Part shown: in pieces, positions 17,738 to 27,728 of the stretch
How the letters are laid out: each line of letters begins with the position of its first letter
How positions within the stretch are numbered: the first letter of the stretch is position 1
Made by a program: the position numbers and the translations under genes
Notes under the pieces: model-generated
What the model saw: the letters and a program-made list of their open reading frames with translations, nothing else
Databases searched by the model: none
What the model was told of the DNA's origin: nothing
IMG/VR virus record: IMGVR_UViG_3300021255_002694
Source: a virus
Taxonomy: Duplodnaviria; Caudoviricetes
Strand: one strand, 5' to 3'
DNA: 64,000 nucleotides

Positions 17738-17743
17738 TTATTT

Positions 17744-17815
17744 GCCCCATTAGTTCATCGGACAGAATAAATCCCTTCTAAGGATCAGAGCGCGGTTCAA
17801 TTCCGTGATGGGGTG
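17744..17815 (+). tRNA. trnR: tRNA-Arg(TCT)
   Basis: GCCCCAT/ATGGGGT, loop CTTCTAA. Confidence 0.88.
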
Positions 17816-17978
17816 TCAAAACGCATCGAAATATCTGAATACCATAGCAACATGGAAACAGATAGACAAAATTTTATTTTTGTTCGTTCCCCGATTAGAT
17901 GTGTTTCAATTAAATAGGGAAAACTGCACATATAAGTTGCATTATACATGAAAGTGCAGATATATAAAGGAGATAAAC

Positions 17979-18317
17979 ATGAAATCAGTGCTTATTGTGA
18001 TCATAGCAATGTATCTTGTTTTTGCTATAACTGATGTAATTTGTTGTCCGATTCTATATCAGAAAGTGTTTTATAGAGTATGCAAGGATTCATTCAATGA
18101 TGATCAAGATGCATCGGTGGTTTCAAGAAAACTTGCTAGAGAATTTACATTTCGTTTTGCTTTTGTTCCACTTGCAAATATAGCAATTTTCATATTTTCA
18201 TTTTTAGACAATGATATTTTATGTGAACTTGAAATGTTTACATATAATATGTTTATGGAAGATGAAGATGCTAAATATGCACTTGCAGAGGAATTGAAAG
18301 AAATTAAGAAAGATTAA
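17979..18317 (+). CDS. Hypothetical membrane protein
   Basis: AAGGAG RBS, two hydrophobic segments. Confidence 0.55.
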   Translation: MKSVLIVIIAMYLVFAITDVICCPILYQKVFYRVCKDSFNDDQDASVVSRKLAREFTFRFAFVPLANIAIFIFSFLDNDILCELEMFTYNMFMEDEDAKYALAEELKEIKKD

Positions 18318-18321
18318 ATAC

Positions 18322-18403
18322 GGGAGTGTCGCCTAGTGGCAATGGCATCTGACTGTAAATCAGACGGTTTTATCCTTCGTTGGTTCAAGTCCAACCACTC
18401 CCA
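18322..18403 (+). tRNA. trnY: tRNA-Tyr(GTA)
   Basis: GGGAGTG/CACTCCC-A, loop CTGTAAA, long variable arm. Confidence 0.92.
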
Positions 18404-18413
18404 TTATCTATAA

Positions 18414-18497
18414 TGCCGTGTCGCCAAGTGGAAAGGCAGCGGACTTTGACTCCGCCAGCATTTATGCTTTACGTTGGTTCAAATCCAGCCACGGCAA
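18414..18497 (+). tRNA. trnQ: tRNA-Gln(TTG) with atypical long variable arm
   Basis: TGCCGTG/CACGGCA, GCGGA-CTTTGAC-TCCGC, 17-nt variable region. Confidence 0.82.
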
Positions 18498-18504
18498 TTC
18501 AATA

Positions 18505-18579
18505 GGTCCTATCGTCTAGTCTGGTCTAGGACGAGAGATTTTCATTCTCTAAACATCGGTTCAAATCCGGTTAGGATCA
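18505..18579 (+). tRNA. trnE: tRNA-Glu(TTC)
   Basis: GGTCCTA/TAGGATC, loop TTTTCAT. Confidence 0.88.
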
Positions 18580-18857
18580 TCTAAGACCACATGCTAATAT
18601 TCTTTGCGTGTTATACTTATGGCATGTTTCCTTTATTTAGAAATCCTGTGTCTTTTATTCATTTTTGCACAGGTCGGGTTGTCCATATGTCCGTACCTCC
18701 TTTGCGGTTTTTTACTCATACCTAAAGTAAACACGCTGCCGGAACAACACCTATGGTGAATGGTACGAAATGACCAGTCTATCTCTCTGCCATACGGGTA
18801 AAGACAGAGAGATAGATTCCGGAAACAATAAAAAAAAAAGAAATGTGTGGTGATTTC

Positions 18858-19343
18858 ATGAACAATGAGGGACTGATAAAATGTTTAGAGGGACTTCAGC
18901 AAGCACAGGATACAATAGATTCATTAAGCACTGAAATTGAAGAACTGAAAAACTCTAAAAAATGTCAATCATTACTATCATATATTCAGGGAAGTATATA
19001 CAGACCTGTTAAAGTTTTTTCTAAACAACCTAAATGTGGAAAATGTAATTCAAACGGCATGATCCCAGTAAAAGATGAATTCTTTACAAGATACGTTGAT
19101 TGCGATTGTCAAAAATTAAAATTTGAATATCAAGTTCAAAAATTAGATGTTGTATCAACGTCATATATTGATGATACTGATGATATTACATATGATTGTG
19201 TTGTTGGTAATGATCTAATTTCAGTTGCAGAAAAGTATCTGTACGATAGATTTGATAATAAGCATCTTGCATTAGACAGCAAGAATGTTTTTTATAAGAA
19301 TGAAGAAGATTGTAAAAAATTTGTGGAGGAAAAAAACAAATGA
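18858..19343 (+). CDS. Hypothetical coiled-coil/Zn-finger protein (paralog of 57621)
   Basis: CGKC...CDC and C-terminal FYKNEEDCKKF. Confidence 0.55.
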   Translation: MNNEGLIKCLEGLQQAQDTIDSLSTEIEELKNSKKCQSLLSYIQGSIYRPVKVFSKQPKCGKCNSNGMIPVKDEFFTRYVDCDCQKLKFEYQVQKLDVVSTSYIDDTDDITYDCVVGNDLISVAEKYLYDRFDNKHLALDSKNVFYKNEEDCKKFVEEKNK

Positions 19344-19756
19344 AAGTTAAAGGTGTACCGCTATTCGTGACATATAAGCATATTGATTATGTCAACGATA
19401 AAACAGGTGAAGAAGTGCATAGAACAGTTGCGCGATCTATTGTAGATTACTACAATTTGCCTAAAATTATCGCAACTACATTTATGGACATGTTTGCTAA
19501 TACTTCTGATATGTTTGGTGATCGCGCTGTAGAACTTGTTGCAGAAACAGCCTGTAAGGGCGGAGACACATACAATGAAACAACAGGTGAGAAGATCGCT
19601 CGTAAGAAGATCATGAAGAAATATATGTCTCTTGTTTCACAGGCATCTGCAAAGAAGATCGCTGATAATAATAAGGAGATTGAACTTCTTAATGACCTTG
19701 AACACAGTGCAGTACGATGTGAGTCAGATATTATTGATTATCTGAGAAAACAGTAA
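19340..19756 (+). CDS. Hypothetical protein
   Basis: C..GDTYNETTGEKIAR motif common in phage hypotheticals. Confidence 0.55.
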   Translation: MKVKGVPLFVTYKHIDYVNDKTGEEVHRTVARSIVDYYNLPKIIATTFMDMFANTSDMFGDRAVELVAETACKGGDTYNETTGEKIARKKIMKKYMSLVSQASAKKIADNNKEIELLNDLEHSAVRCESDIIDYLRKQ

Positions 19757-19818
19757 TTCTGCAAATACTAAATCGCTTTTTAGTCTATTCCATTCACGCT
19801 CCTTTATAATATATGCTC

Positions 19819-19849
19819 TAGCCTAGTTTTACAACTAGGCTACTTTTTT
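19819..19849 (+). terminator. Rho-independent terminator
   Basis: TAGCCTAGTT/AACTAGGCTA plus T-run. Confidence 0.75.
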
Positions 19850-19941
19850 GTTTCTTTATAGATTATATCACAGAAAAAACTGAATTTACAAGAATATTCA
19901 AACACTATAAGTATGATATTTTGTTGTTTTGGGGTGATAGT

Positions 19942-20934
19942 ATGTCAGTTCCGTACATTATTGATGGTGTTGTTGGTGACGGCACAGAACAAAATCCATA
20001 TCAAGTTACAACAATGGATCAAATGTTCTCATGTTGTGCTGTTGTAGATGCATATGTGTGTCTTATGAATGATATACACTGTGAATTAGATCAGAAATAT
20101 AAAGATTTTGTTACAAATACTCTTGTTATTGATTGTGCAAAACTGTATTCAGAAGGCACACGTAAAATCATATATAACTGGAATTGCAGACCAAAACTGA
20201 TAAATTCATCCATTCCGGATGTAACATTATCTACACGCTGTTGCATAAGAAATGAGTCTGCCGGAACATTGATAGATAATATATCTTTTGAGGGTTGTGT
20301 GTTTAGACAAACATATTATAATCAAAGTACGTTAAGCTGGTCATGCCTACTTTATTTTTCAGATACAACTAAGATAACAAATTCTAATTTCTCTTTCTTT
20401 ATGGATTTCTCTAAATCAATAACAGGTGATAATCAAAGTGGTGACATATATCATTATATACAGGGCGGAAGATTTTATAAAAGTTCCATTCATTTTAGTG
20501 GAAATCAGATTCAGTTCTTATTCAAATCAGGTTATTACCCACATATGGCACTGTTTTCTCCAACTAGATTTGATTGTGGTGAATTGTTTGCAACAAATCT
20601 TTACTTTAATCAATCAGGTTCAATAGCGGTATCAGATTACCCGTATATAAAGAATGTGACAAGGAGTCTTGTTGTAATTGAGAATGGTTATTTTGACAAT
20701 GATCACGGAAATGTGTATACTTACGTACTTACAAACTCATGTAGATATAATATAATATATTTTACTGGAAAACTGCGTAGATCGCCAGGTACTTGGTATC
20801 CATTCACAACAGATTGTGAATATCCTAATCTTATATATAGTGATCTGTTATCTTCAAAGGATGGTGCAGTTGTTGTACGTGATCCTAGCTTATTATCAAA
20901 TATAGATTATATACATTCATTAGGAATATTTTAA
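19942..20934 (+). CDS. Adhesin-like beta-rich protein (GxGTxxxPY N-terminus)
   Basis: MSVPYIIDGVVGDGTEQNPYQV; N-terminus shared with the next gene. Confidence 0.55.
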   Translation: MSVPYIIDGVVGDGTEQNPYQVTTMDQMFSCCAVVDAYVCLMNDIHCELDQKYKDFVTNTLVIDCAKLYSEGTRKIIYNWNCRPKLINSSIPDVTLSTRCCIRNESAGTLIDNISFEGCVFRQTYYNQSTLSWSCLLYFSDTTKITNSNFSFFMDFSKSITGDNQSGDIYHYIQGGRFYKSSIHFSGNQIQFLFKSGYYPHMALFSPTRFDCGELFATNLYFNQSGSIAVSDYPYIKNVTRSLVVIENGYFDNDHGNVYTYVLTNSCRYNIIYFTGKLRRSPGTWYPFTTDCEYPNLIYSDLLSSKDGAVVVRDPSLLSNIDYIHSLGIF

Positions 20935-20951
20935 TGCAGAGGTGATTATAT

Positions 20952-23900
20952 ATGTCAGTACCATATCAAATAGACGGGATTTCCGGTGATGGAACAGAAT
21001 CAAGCCCATACCTAGTTCACAATATAGATGAAATATTGTCATGTATAGCTGTCACTGATGCATATGTCAAGCTAGTATCGGATATTTATTGTAAAAATGA
21101 TAAAAAGTATAAAAATACAGTTGCATTTAAGTTTGATGTTCAATGTAAAAAATTTTATGCTGATGAGGCAAAATACATATATGGTTTGAAAATATCTGGT
21201 GGATCATTGAAGTATGGTGCATTTATGTCGGCGGTAGCTAATAGTGAAATAGAAAACATACATTTTATTGGTACAATATTTTATAGACAGTATATAGATA
21301 CAGAAACACAGGCTGGATACAATGATTATGATTTTATGTTTGATGATACAACTACAGTTAGGAATTGTACGTTTCAACTGAATGTTTTTCCACACGCATA
21401 CTGTAGAGCTACCGGATTGATAAAAGGTGGAATCGTAGAAAGATGTGCCTTTGTATATAAGTATACAGACTATGTTAAAACATATAATTCTTATCGTTCA
21501 AGTGTGCTGAACGTAACAGGTAATGGTATAAATCCTAAAAAGGCTTCCTATTGTTATTTTTATATTGATGGATATACTTTCAGGTGGCGTGAGGGATATT
21601 CAATGTTCAAGCGTGTTGATCATAGTGCAATATATGTAAACAACATGCATATAATAGAACTGCATAATACAACAAGTGAATCAATATATGGTAATGATAC
21701 AAGTGATTCATCGAACCTGATATTTTGGAATATTTCATATTTTGCTCCTATTGGTATGACACAGTACGAAAATGCAACTTTATATTTCGGAGCTTCGTCA
21801 AAATCTCTTGTGGACATATCATTTGATGATTTTGCATACAGAAACAGAATACATGAATCTATAAGCAAACCATGTGTAAGATCAACAATTTCAGATATGA
21901 GAAATCCATCTTATCTATCTACACAAAGCATGATTAGTTCATATACTTTAGTTGAAAATGGATTTGATTCAGATGTATGGTATTTCAGAGATAACTTCAT
22001 AATGCCTATACCAGTTGGTGTATTATATGTTGAACCAACATATGAGTATGCCTATGAAGATTTTACAACTATCGGTAAAGCAACGTGCGGATTCTATGCA
22101 CCGATAGATACAATAAGACCAATGGGAGCATTTGCACAATCACAAGTAGAAAGTATATCAATACCAATATATACAACAGAACTTGGTAGATTTACATTTT
22201 ATGGATCAAGTCTCAACAATGTGAGAATATCTCCTGATTGTTATTGGTATGATCAAACTTTCCCTGATGATGTTGAATTTGATTTCTATTATAGCGTAAT
22301 ACTGTTACCACAGACAACATATGAGTTTAATATTTCTGATAATGCTGTATTACCTGATGCGGATCAGATAGAAATAGAAGTGACTGACGGCAATAGCGTA
22401 ATTAGAAGTCTTAGTAATTTTGAATATCAAAATTTTTACACAGACATACCTGTTAGAAATAGCACAGGAAGTGTCTACTACTATTTCAACAATAGACAAA
22501 ATAGTATACACACAGATTTCATATATACTGTGTATGGTGATAATTTATTTAGTGGTTCATTTCAACAAGGGTTAATTGATCAAAGTGGTAACATTCAAAG
22601 TGACTATAAAACAATAACATCTGATAAATGTCGTGTAGGTTCTGGAAATTATTTTTGTAGTGTACTTCCGAGAACATCTGAACTTCAAGTACATAAGTAT
22701 ATTCCACCGATTACACAAATTGCATCTACAGCATCGGTTGTTCCGTCAAGTATGTCTGTATCAACTGCAACACAGCATGAAACAGGACAATTACCACTAT
22801 CAATTCTAACTGATAATGAAACAATAGATGATTATACTGTGTATGGAAATGTTAATGCTTCAAGTCTTGATGTATCACCTGAATCACCAGCAACACTGTC
22901 ATATCTATCTAGGAATATTGTAAATGTGTTCCCAAGTTCACCAAAGCAGAATACTACATCTAACGGAATAACATTTGAAAGTAATGGTTTTGGTGGATAT
23001 CATATAGTAGGTAAGGCAACATCATCTGTTCAGTTTGTAGCAAATTTATCCGGTTCTGTAACATTTCCAAAATCAATAAATAACGGCGGAACAGGATGTC
23101 TATATTTTGGAAATACAACATCTGTTGGTGGTATAACAGTAAGATTTATGAATGGATCATCATCGCAGGATTATTGGAACTCTGGCTATATAACAGGTAT
23201 TCCGCATGTAACACAAAATTATGGAACACTAGCAAATAAAACAGTAAACAGACTTAGATTTGAAATCAGTTCTGGATCAACATGCGATATTTGGTTCTAT
23301 ATAATGCTTACAACAGACGGTATTGGAACAAGTGCGAAAAGAGATTTTGCAGTATATGGAAGTAAATTTACAATGAATAGAATAACATCATCAGGAGTAA
23401 ATACATATATACCAACAAATGATTGTGAGATGCTAAAAATACCAAATCACAATATTTCAGATAGTTTAACATATACTGAAAATCAGGTGAGATCAAACGT
23501 AGGAAAATTGGTTTTGACAGGTTCAGATAATATAAACTGGACTGCTGATCAAAATTATTTCTACTGTTCAATATCTGATATAGGTGCAAAGAGTAATTCA
23601 TCAATTTTCTGTACACATTTACTCGAAGTTCAATCTATTTCTGATATGCAGTATGGTAAATGTATGTGTACAGATATACTGATGCTAGGTCTTGTATCAC
23701 AAGATATACAAACCGTAGCTGATCTAAATTCATATCTGCAACAACAGTATACAAACGGTACACCAGTTGTTATACTGTATGAAAAATCACAACAAGAGGT
23801 TTATCAGCAGACCTTTCCGGAGTTTGTTATAACAAAAGAGAAATATTTAGGCTCTGTAAACGGAGATTTTGCAAATACTCCAATTCAATTTAATCTTGAT

Positions 23901-23993
23901 TCTGAGTATAATATAAGATTCTGTATACGTGATAAATCCGGCGATGATATTTCTCCACAAGATATAAGTAACTTCGGATACTACAGACTATAA
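20952..23993 (+). CDS. Large adhesin/tail-fibre-like multidomain protein
   Basis: MSVPYQIDGISGDGTESSPYLV N-terminus, short BspA-like LRR (AFAQSQVESISIP..ELGRFTF), carbohydrate-binding-like beta domains. Confidence 0.6.
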   Translation: MSVPYQIDGISGDGTESSPYLVHNIDEILSCIAVTDAYVKLVSDIYCKNDKKYKNTVAFKFDVQCKKFYADEAKYIYGLKISGGSLKYGAFMSAVANSEIENIHFIGTIFYRQYIDTETQAGYNDYDFMFDDTTTVRNCTFQLNVFPHAYCRATGLIKGGIVERCAFVYKYTDYVKTYNSYRSSVLNVTGNGINPKKASYCYFYIDGYTFRWREGYSMFKRVDHSAIYVNNMHIIELHNTTSESIYGNDTSDSSNLIFWNISYFAPIGMTQYENATLYFGASSKSLVDISFDDFAYRNRIHESISKPCVRSTISDMRNPSYLSTQSMISSYTLVENGFDSDVWYFRDNFIMPIPVGVLYVEPTYEYAYEDFTTIGKATCGFYAPIDTIRPMGAFAQSQVESISIPIYTTELGRFTFYGSSLNNVRISPDCYWYDQTFPDDVEFDFYYSVILLPQTTYEFNISDNAVLPDADQIEIEVTDGNSVIRSLSNFEYQNFYTDIPVRNSTGSVYYYFNNRQNSIHTDFIYTVYGDNLFSGSFQQGLIDQSGNIQSDYKTITSDKCRVGSGNYFCSVLPRTSELQVHKYIPPITQIASTASVVPSSMSVSTATQHETGQLPLSILTDNETIDDYTVYGNVNASSLDVSPESPATLSYLSRNIVNVFPSSPKQNTTSNGITFESNGFGGYHIVGKATSSVQFVANLSGSVTFPKSINNGGTGCLYFGNTTSVGGITVRFMNGSSSQDYWNSGYITGIPHVTQNYGTLANKTVNRLRFEISSGSTCDIWFYIMLTTDGIGTSAKRDFAVYGSKFTMNRITSSGVNTYIPTNDCEMLKIPNHNISDSLTYTENQVRSNVGKLVLTGSDNINWTADQNYFYCSISDIGAKSNSSIFCTHLLEVQSISDMQYGKCMCTDILMLGLVSQDIQTVADLNSYLQQQYTNGTPVVILYEKSQQEVYQQTFPEFVITKEKYLGSVNGDFANTPIQFNLDSEYNIRFCIRDKSGDDISPQDISNFGYYRL

Positions 23994-24000
23994 TTTGATA

Positions 24001-24039
24001 ATAGTGCTATAGGTTAATTTTACTATAGCACTATTTTTT
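24001..24039 (+). terminator. Rho-independent terminator
   Basis: ATAGTGCTATAG/CTATAGCACTAT plus T-run. Confidence 0.75.
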
Positions 24040-24072
24040 ATTATCATTTAACATTAAAATTTCAAAAATTAC

Positions 24073-24101
24073 TTGACTTTTCTTGTCAGATGTGATATAC
24101 T
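24073..24101 (+). promoter_or_regulatory. SigA-type promoter
   Basis: TTGACT-17-TATACT with TG. Confidence 0.75.
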
Positions 24102-24155
24102 ATATATGTAAAGTTTTACTTTAATTTTGATATTTTTTGTAATGGAGTTGATATT

Positions 24156-24488
24156 TTGAAAAAACCAACACGTTATTATAGCGATAAACATGAAAAGCGT
24201 ACAGCAAAGAATCTTGGAGCAAAGGTTCAAACAAGTAGTGGATCAAGTTCATTCCTTAAAGGTGATGTAATTTCAAATTCATGTTTGATTGAGTGCAAGA
24301 CTGCTACATCTGAGAAGAAATCGTTTTCAATCAAGAAAGAATGGCTTGATAAGATTGATGAACAATGTTTTGAAATGGGTAAGAAATATCCAATTCTGGC
24401 ATTTGATTTCGGTGATGGTGATAATTACTACATCCTTAATGAACTTGTGATGAAGAAGTTTGTTGAGTTTCTGGACAGTCAGGAGTGA
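24156..24488 (+). CDS. PD-(D/E)XK nuclease (Holliday-junction-resolvase-like)
   Basis: HEKR...SGS...KGDV...LIECKT...SFSIKKEWL. Confidence 0.7.
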   Translation: MKKPTRYYSDKHEKRTAKNLGAKVQTSSGSSSFLKGDVISNSCLIECKTATSEKKSFSIKKEWLDKIDEQCFEMGKKYPILAFDFGDGDNYYILNELVMKKFVEFLDSQE

Positions 24489-24688
24489 TCACATTGAATG
24501 GAGAGTCAAATTCAAGATGGATTCTAAATCAGAATATATGTGATTTACTTGTCAAAATTCAAAAAGATGGGTGTGGATGCATTTTGAAAGCACTTGATAC
24601 AAGAAAACATGCCGCCGAACGGTGTGCTATTTATGACGGCGACTGCGATAAATGCATCAGAACATGGATAAATGAGCCGAGAAAGTGA
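24485..24688 (+). CDS. Small Cys-rich hypothetical protein
   Basis: CDKCIRTWIN ending; coupled ORF. Confidence 0.5.
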   Translation: MITLNGESNSRWILNQNICDLLVKIQKDGCGCILKALDTRKHAAERCAIYDGDCDKCIRTWINEPRK

Positions 24689-24703
24689 GGATTTTATATA
24701 ATC

Positions 24704-25729
24704 ATGTCAACATTAGCTGTTAAATACAGACCTCAAACATTTGATGATGTTGTTGAGCAGAATGTTATTAAAGCTATTTTAACAAATCAGATTTCTAGCG
24801 GAAATGTTAAGAATTGTTATTTATTCTGCGGTCCAGCCGGATGCGGAAAAACGACGTCTGCGAGGTTATTTGCAAAGAAGTTAAATGGTTCTAAGGATAA
24901 TATTATTGAACTTGATGCCGCTTCACACAGCGGAGTTGATAATTTCCGTGAACTACTAGAACAATCAAAACTGAAACCTATTGGAACACCTTATAGAATA
25001 TTTATCATAGATGAGTGTCACTCGTTAAGTTCTGCTGCATGGGAAGCGGCTTTGAAGAATTTTGAAGAACCAACTCCAACAAGTATTTTTATTCTATGTA
25101 CAACTGATCCACAAAAGATCAAAGGAACAATTCTTTCAAGATCACAGCGTTATGATTTTCAAAGAATTTCACATGCTGGTATTGTGAATAGGTTAAAGCA
25201 TATTATCGAATGTGAAAATAGCGAAGGATGTAATTATACATATGATGATGACGGACTTGATTATATTGCAAAACTAGCTGATGGCGGAATGCGAGATGCA
25301 ATAACAAGACTAGAAAAAGTTTTAGGTTTTTCGAGTCATGCTGATATTGAATCTGTATCAAAAGCACTTGGATGTGCTGATTATCAAACAATGTTTGAAT
25401 TGACTGAGGCTGTATGTAAAATGGATAAAAAATCCGTTATTCAGATAATTGAAACAGCATATGGTAATGGAGTTGATCTGAAACAGTTTATCAAGGATTA
25501 CAATAATTTTATTCTTGATTTAACTGTTTATGATATAACAAATACATTTGATTATATAAAAATTCCAAAGACTTATGATAAGGCAGTAAAATCTTTTAGC
25601 CGTCAAGATTTTGATTATTTCACAACACTATTAAACGAGATGATCAATCTTAATTCTGCTATTAAGTGGGAAACAATGCCGAAACCTGTTATCATCTCAA
25701 CATTTATACTTCTATGCACGGAGGCTTAA
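24704..25729 (+). CDS. dnaX: Clamp loader ATPase (DnaX gamma/tau-like)
   Basis: LAVKYRPQTFDDVV, GPAGCGKTT, ELDAAS, IIDECH, TILSRS, GGMRDA. Confidence 0.93.
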   Translation: MSTLAVKYRPQTFDDVVEQNVIKAILTNQISSGNVKNCYLFCGPAGCGKTTSARLFAKKLNGSKDNIIELDAASHSGVDNFRELLEQSKLKPIGTPYRIFIIDECHSLSSAAWEAALKNFEEPTPTSIFILCTTDPQKIKGTILSRSQRYDFQRISHAGIVNRLKHIIECENSEGCNYTYDDDGLDYIAKLADGGMRDAITRLEKVLGFSSHADIESVSKALGCADYQTMFELTEAVCKMDKKSVIQIIETAYGNGVDLKQFIKDYNNFILDLTVYDITNTFDYIKIPKTYDKAVKSFSRQDFDYFTTLLNEMINLNSAIKWETMPKPVIISTFILLCTEA

Positions 25730-25730
25730 A

Positions 25731-26582
25731 ATGTATATCTGTGGTCAGAAAAAATTATTATCAGAGGTAGATAATTTAATTGATAATAAAAAATTTCCAA
25801 GATTTTCAATAATTGTTGGTGGATATGGTTTTGGTAAGAAACTGATCTCTGACTACATTGCTCGTAGAATAGGTGCAAACTTTGTACCATGTGGAACAAA
25901 GGCAGAAGAAGTTAGAGATGTTATATATAATTCGTATACTTCAACAGAAAAGATATTATATGCATTTTTTGACTGTGATGATATATCTGCAACATCTAAA
26001 AACGCTTTGCTGAAAGTAACGGAAGAACCGCCGAACGATGCATACTTTATAATGACAGTTCAAGATACATCAAATGTACTTGGAACTATTATAAGCAGAG
26101 CAAGTGTTTTCTACATGAATCCATACACAGTTGATGATATAGCTGAATACACAAAGCATTCCGGAATTTCATTTGATGATGATGTGTCTAGGGTTGTGAA
26201 TCAAATATGTATCTGTCCTAATGATGTTCGGATTGCAAGTTCATCGGATATTAAAGCCGTTTATGATACAGCGGATAAATTTATTCAATATATCGGTGCT
26301 GTAAATCTTGCAAATGAACTTAAAATACCTCAGTCACTAGACATTAAAATGGATAACAGCGAAAAAATTAACACAGTAATGTTTATGCGTTGTATTCTTT
26401 TATGCTGTGCTGACATGATCTCACAAGAAATATCAAAAGATGATGTTTGCGTGTTCAGCAAGATTATAAGTGAGACAAGTAAAGCACTACATGAATATCA
26501 ATCTAAAGGAAGTAATAAGCAAGCTGTTATTGATAACTGGATTGTCAAAACGCACATGTCTGTATCTGGGGGTGTTTTCTAA
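25731..26582 (+). CDS. holB: Clamp loader delta'-like subunit
   Basis: Degenerate Walker A GGYGFGKK, NALLKVTEEPP, TIISR. Confidence 0.75.
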   Translation: MYICGQKKLLSEVDNLIDNKKFPRFSIIVGGYGFGKKLISDYIARRIGANFVPCGTKAEEVRDVIYNSYTSTEKILYAFFDCDDISATSKNALLKVTEEPPNDAYFIMTVQDTSNVLGTIISRASVFYMNPYTVDDIAEYTKHSGISFDDDVSRVVNQICICPNDVRIASSSDIKAVYDTADKFIQYIGAVNLANELKIPQSLDIKMDNSEKINTVMFMRCILLCCADMISQEISKDDVCVFSKIISETSKALHEYQSKGSNKQAVIDNWIVKTHMSVSGGVF

Positions 26583-27530
26583 TTGAATATTGTTGAATTG
26601 AAAAAATCTCTTGATTCAGGCAAAGTGGAAAATCTCTATATACTGACCGGAGATGAATACACAATATTGAATATTTATATTGATAAGATTTGTAGGTTAT
26701 CCGACGCTGATAGAAAGAAATCAGATAATGTTCTATCTGTATATAAAGGTTTAGGCTCTCGATCACTTCTATCAACGGATAAACAAGTATATGTTGTCCG
26801 TGATGATAAGGAATTTTTGTCAAGTGAGTCATTGTGGTCTGATATTGAAAAGAAACTTGCAGTCAGGGGTGCAATACTTGTACTTAAATACAGTTCTATT
26901 GATACTAGATCAAAATTCTATAAGAAGTTTTCAGATCATATAACTGTGTTTGATAGACTGTCAGACAATGTTCTTCTAAAGTATATCTTCAATGACATAA
27001 ATCTATCTAAAGATAATGCCCAATATTTAATTGATATATGCAATAAGGACTATGGTAGAATATTACTTGAAATTGATAAATTGAATAATTTGTCAAAGCA
27101 TTATAATATATCTCCAAACGATGCTTTTAAGATGTGTTTGAGCGCAAATGCAATATACATTGAACCAGATGGTCAAGTATTTGATCTTGTTGATGCTATA
27201 TTAACAAGAAATTATCGTGCTGTATACCCCAAACTAAGTGAGTCACGTAGGCGCGGCGATAATGAACTTTATATACTCTCTGTTTTACATAATAACGTAA
27301 AAAACATTCTTCAAATTCAGACATTCGGGAACTCAGATAATAAGAAACTAATGCAAGCAACAGGACTAACACAATTTCAGATAAACACATGTTCAAAATA
27401 CTTAAATAGATATACGTGCGAAGAACTTGTAAGATTTATGAAGTATATAAGATATTGCGATAAATCAGTAAAAGATGGAACAATGCAACCGGATTTTGCG
27501 GTTGACTATCTGCTTGTTAATGTTTTGTGA
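26583..27530 (+). CDS. holA: Clamp loader delta-like subunit
   Basis: NLYILTGDE, DTRSKFYK, EIDKL, VFDLVDAIL, DKSVKDG. Confidence 0.75.
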   Translation: MNIVELKKSLDSGKVENLYILTGDEYTILNIYIDKICRLSDADRKKSDNVLSVYKGLGSRSLLSTDKQVYVVRDDKEFLSSESLWSDIEKKLAVRGAILVLKYSSIDTRSKFYKKFSDHITVFDRLSDNVLLKYIFNDINLSKDNAQYLIDICNKDYGRILLEIDKLNNLSKHYNISPNDAFKMCLSANAIYIEPDGQVFDLVDAILTRNYRAVYPKLSESRRRGDNELYILSVLHNNVKNILQIQTFGNSDNKKLMQATGLTQFQINTCSKYLNRYTCEELVRFMKYIRYCDKSVKDGTMQPDFAVDYLLVNVL

Positions 27531-27539
27531 GGTGTTTTT

Positions 27540-27728
27540 ATGAGTAAACCTGAAATACTTGATAACGAGAATGAGCGAATATTTTGCAATAGATGTGGGC
27601 GACCACTGAAAGGCAAGCGTAGCCGTGAACTTGGATATGGACCTAGTTGTTATGTGCTATGGAAAAAAGAACGCTCCCAACAGAAGAACCTATTAGACGG
27701 TGATGGTGATAAGGAGTGTTCAAAATGA
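27540..27728 (+). CDS. Small Zn-finger protein (DUF6011-like)
   Basis: CNRCGRPLK..RSRELGYGPSC. Confidence 0.65.
   Translation: MSKPEILDNENERIFCNRCGRPLKGKRSRELGYGPSCYVLWKKERSQQKNLLDGDGDKECSK

Noticed and set aside
18690-18710. HDV-like/theta ribozyme suggested by CCTCCT...GCGG
   Set aside because: It is not at a tRNA 3' end, and I could not build the nested P1/P2/P1.1 double pseudoknot.
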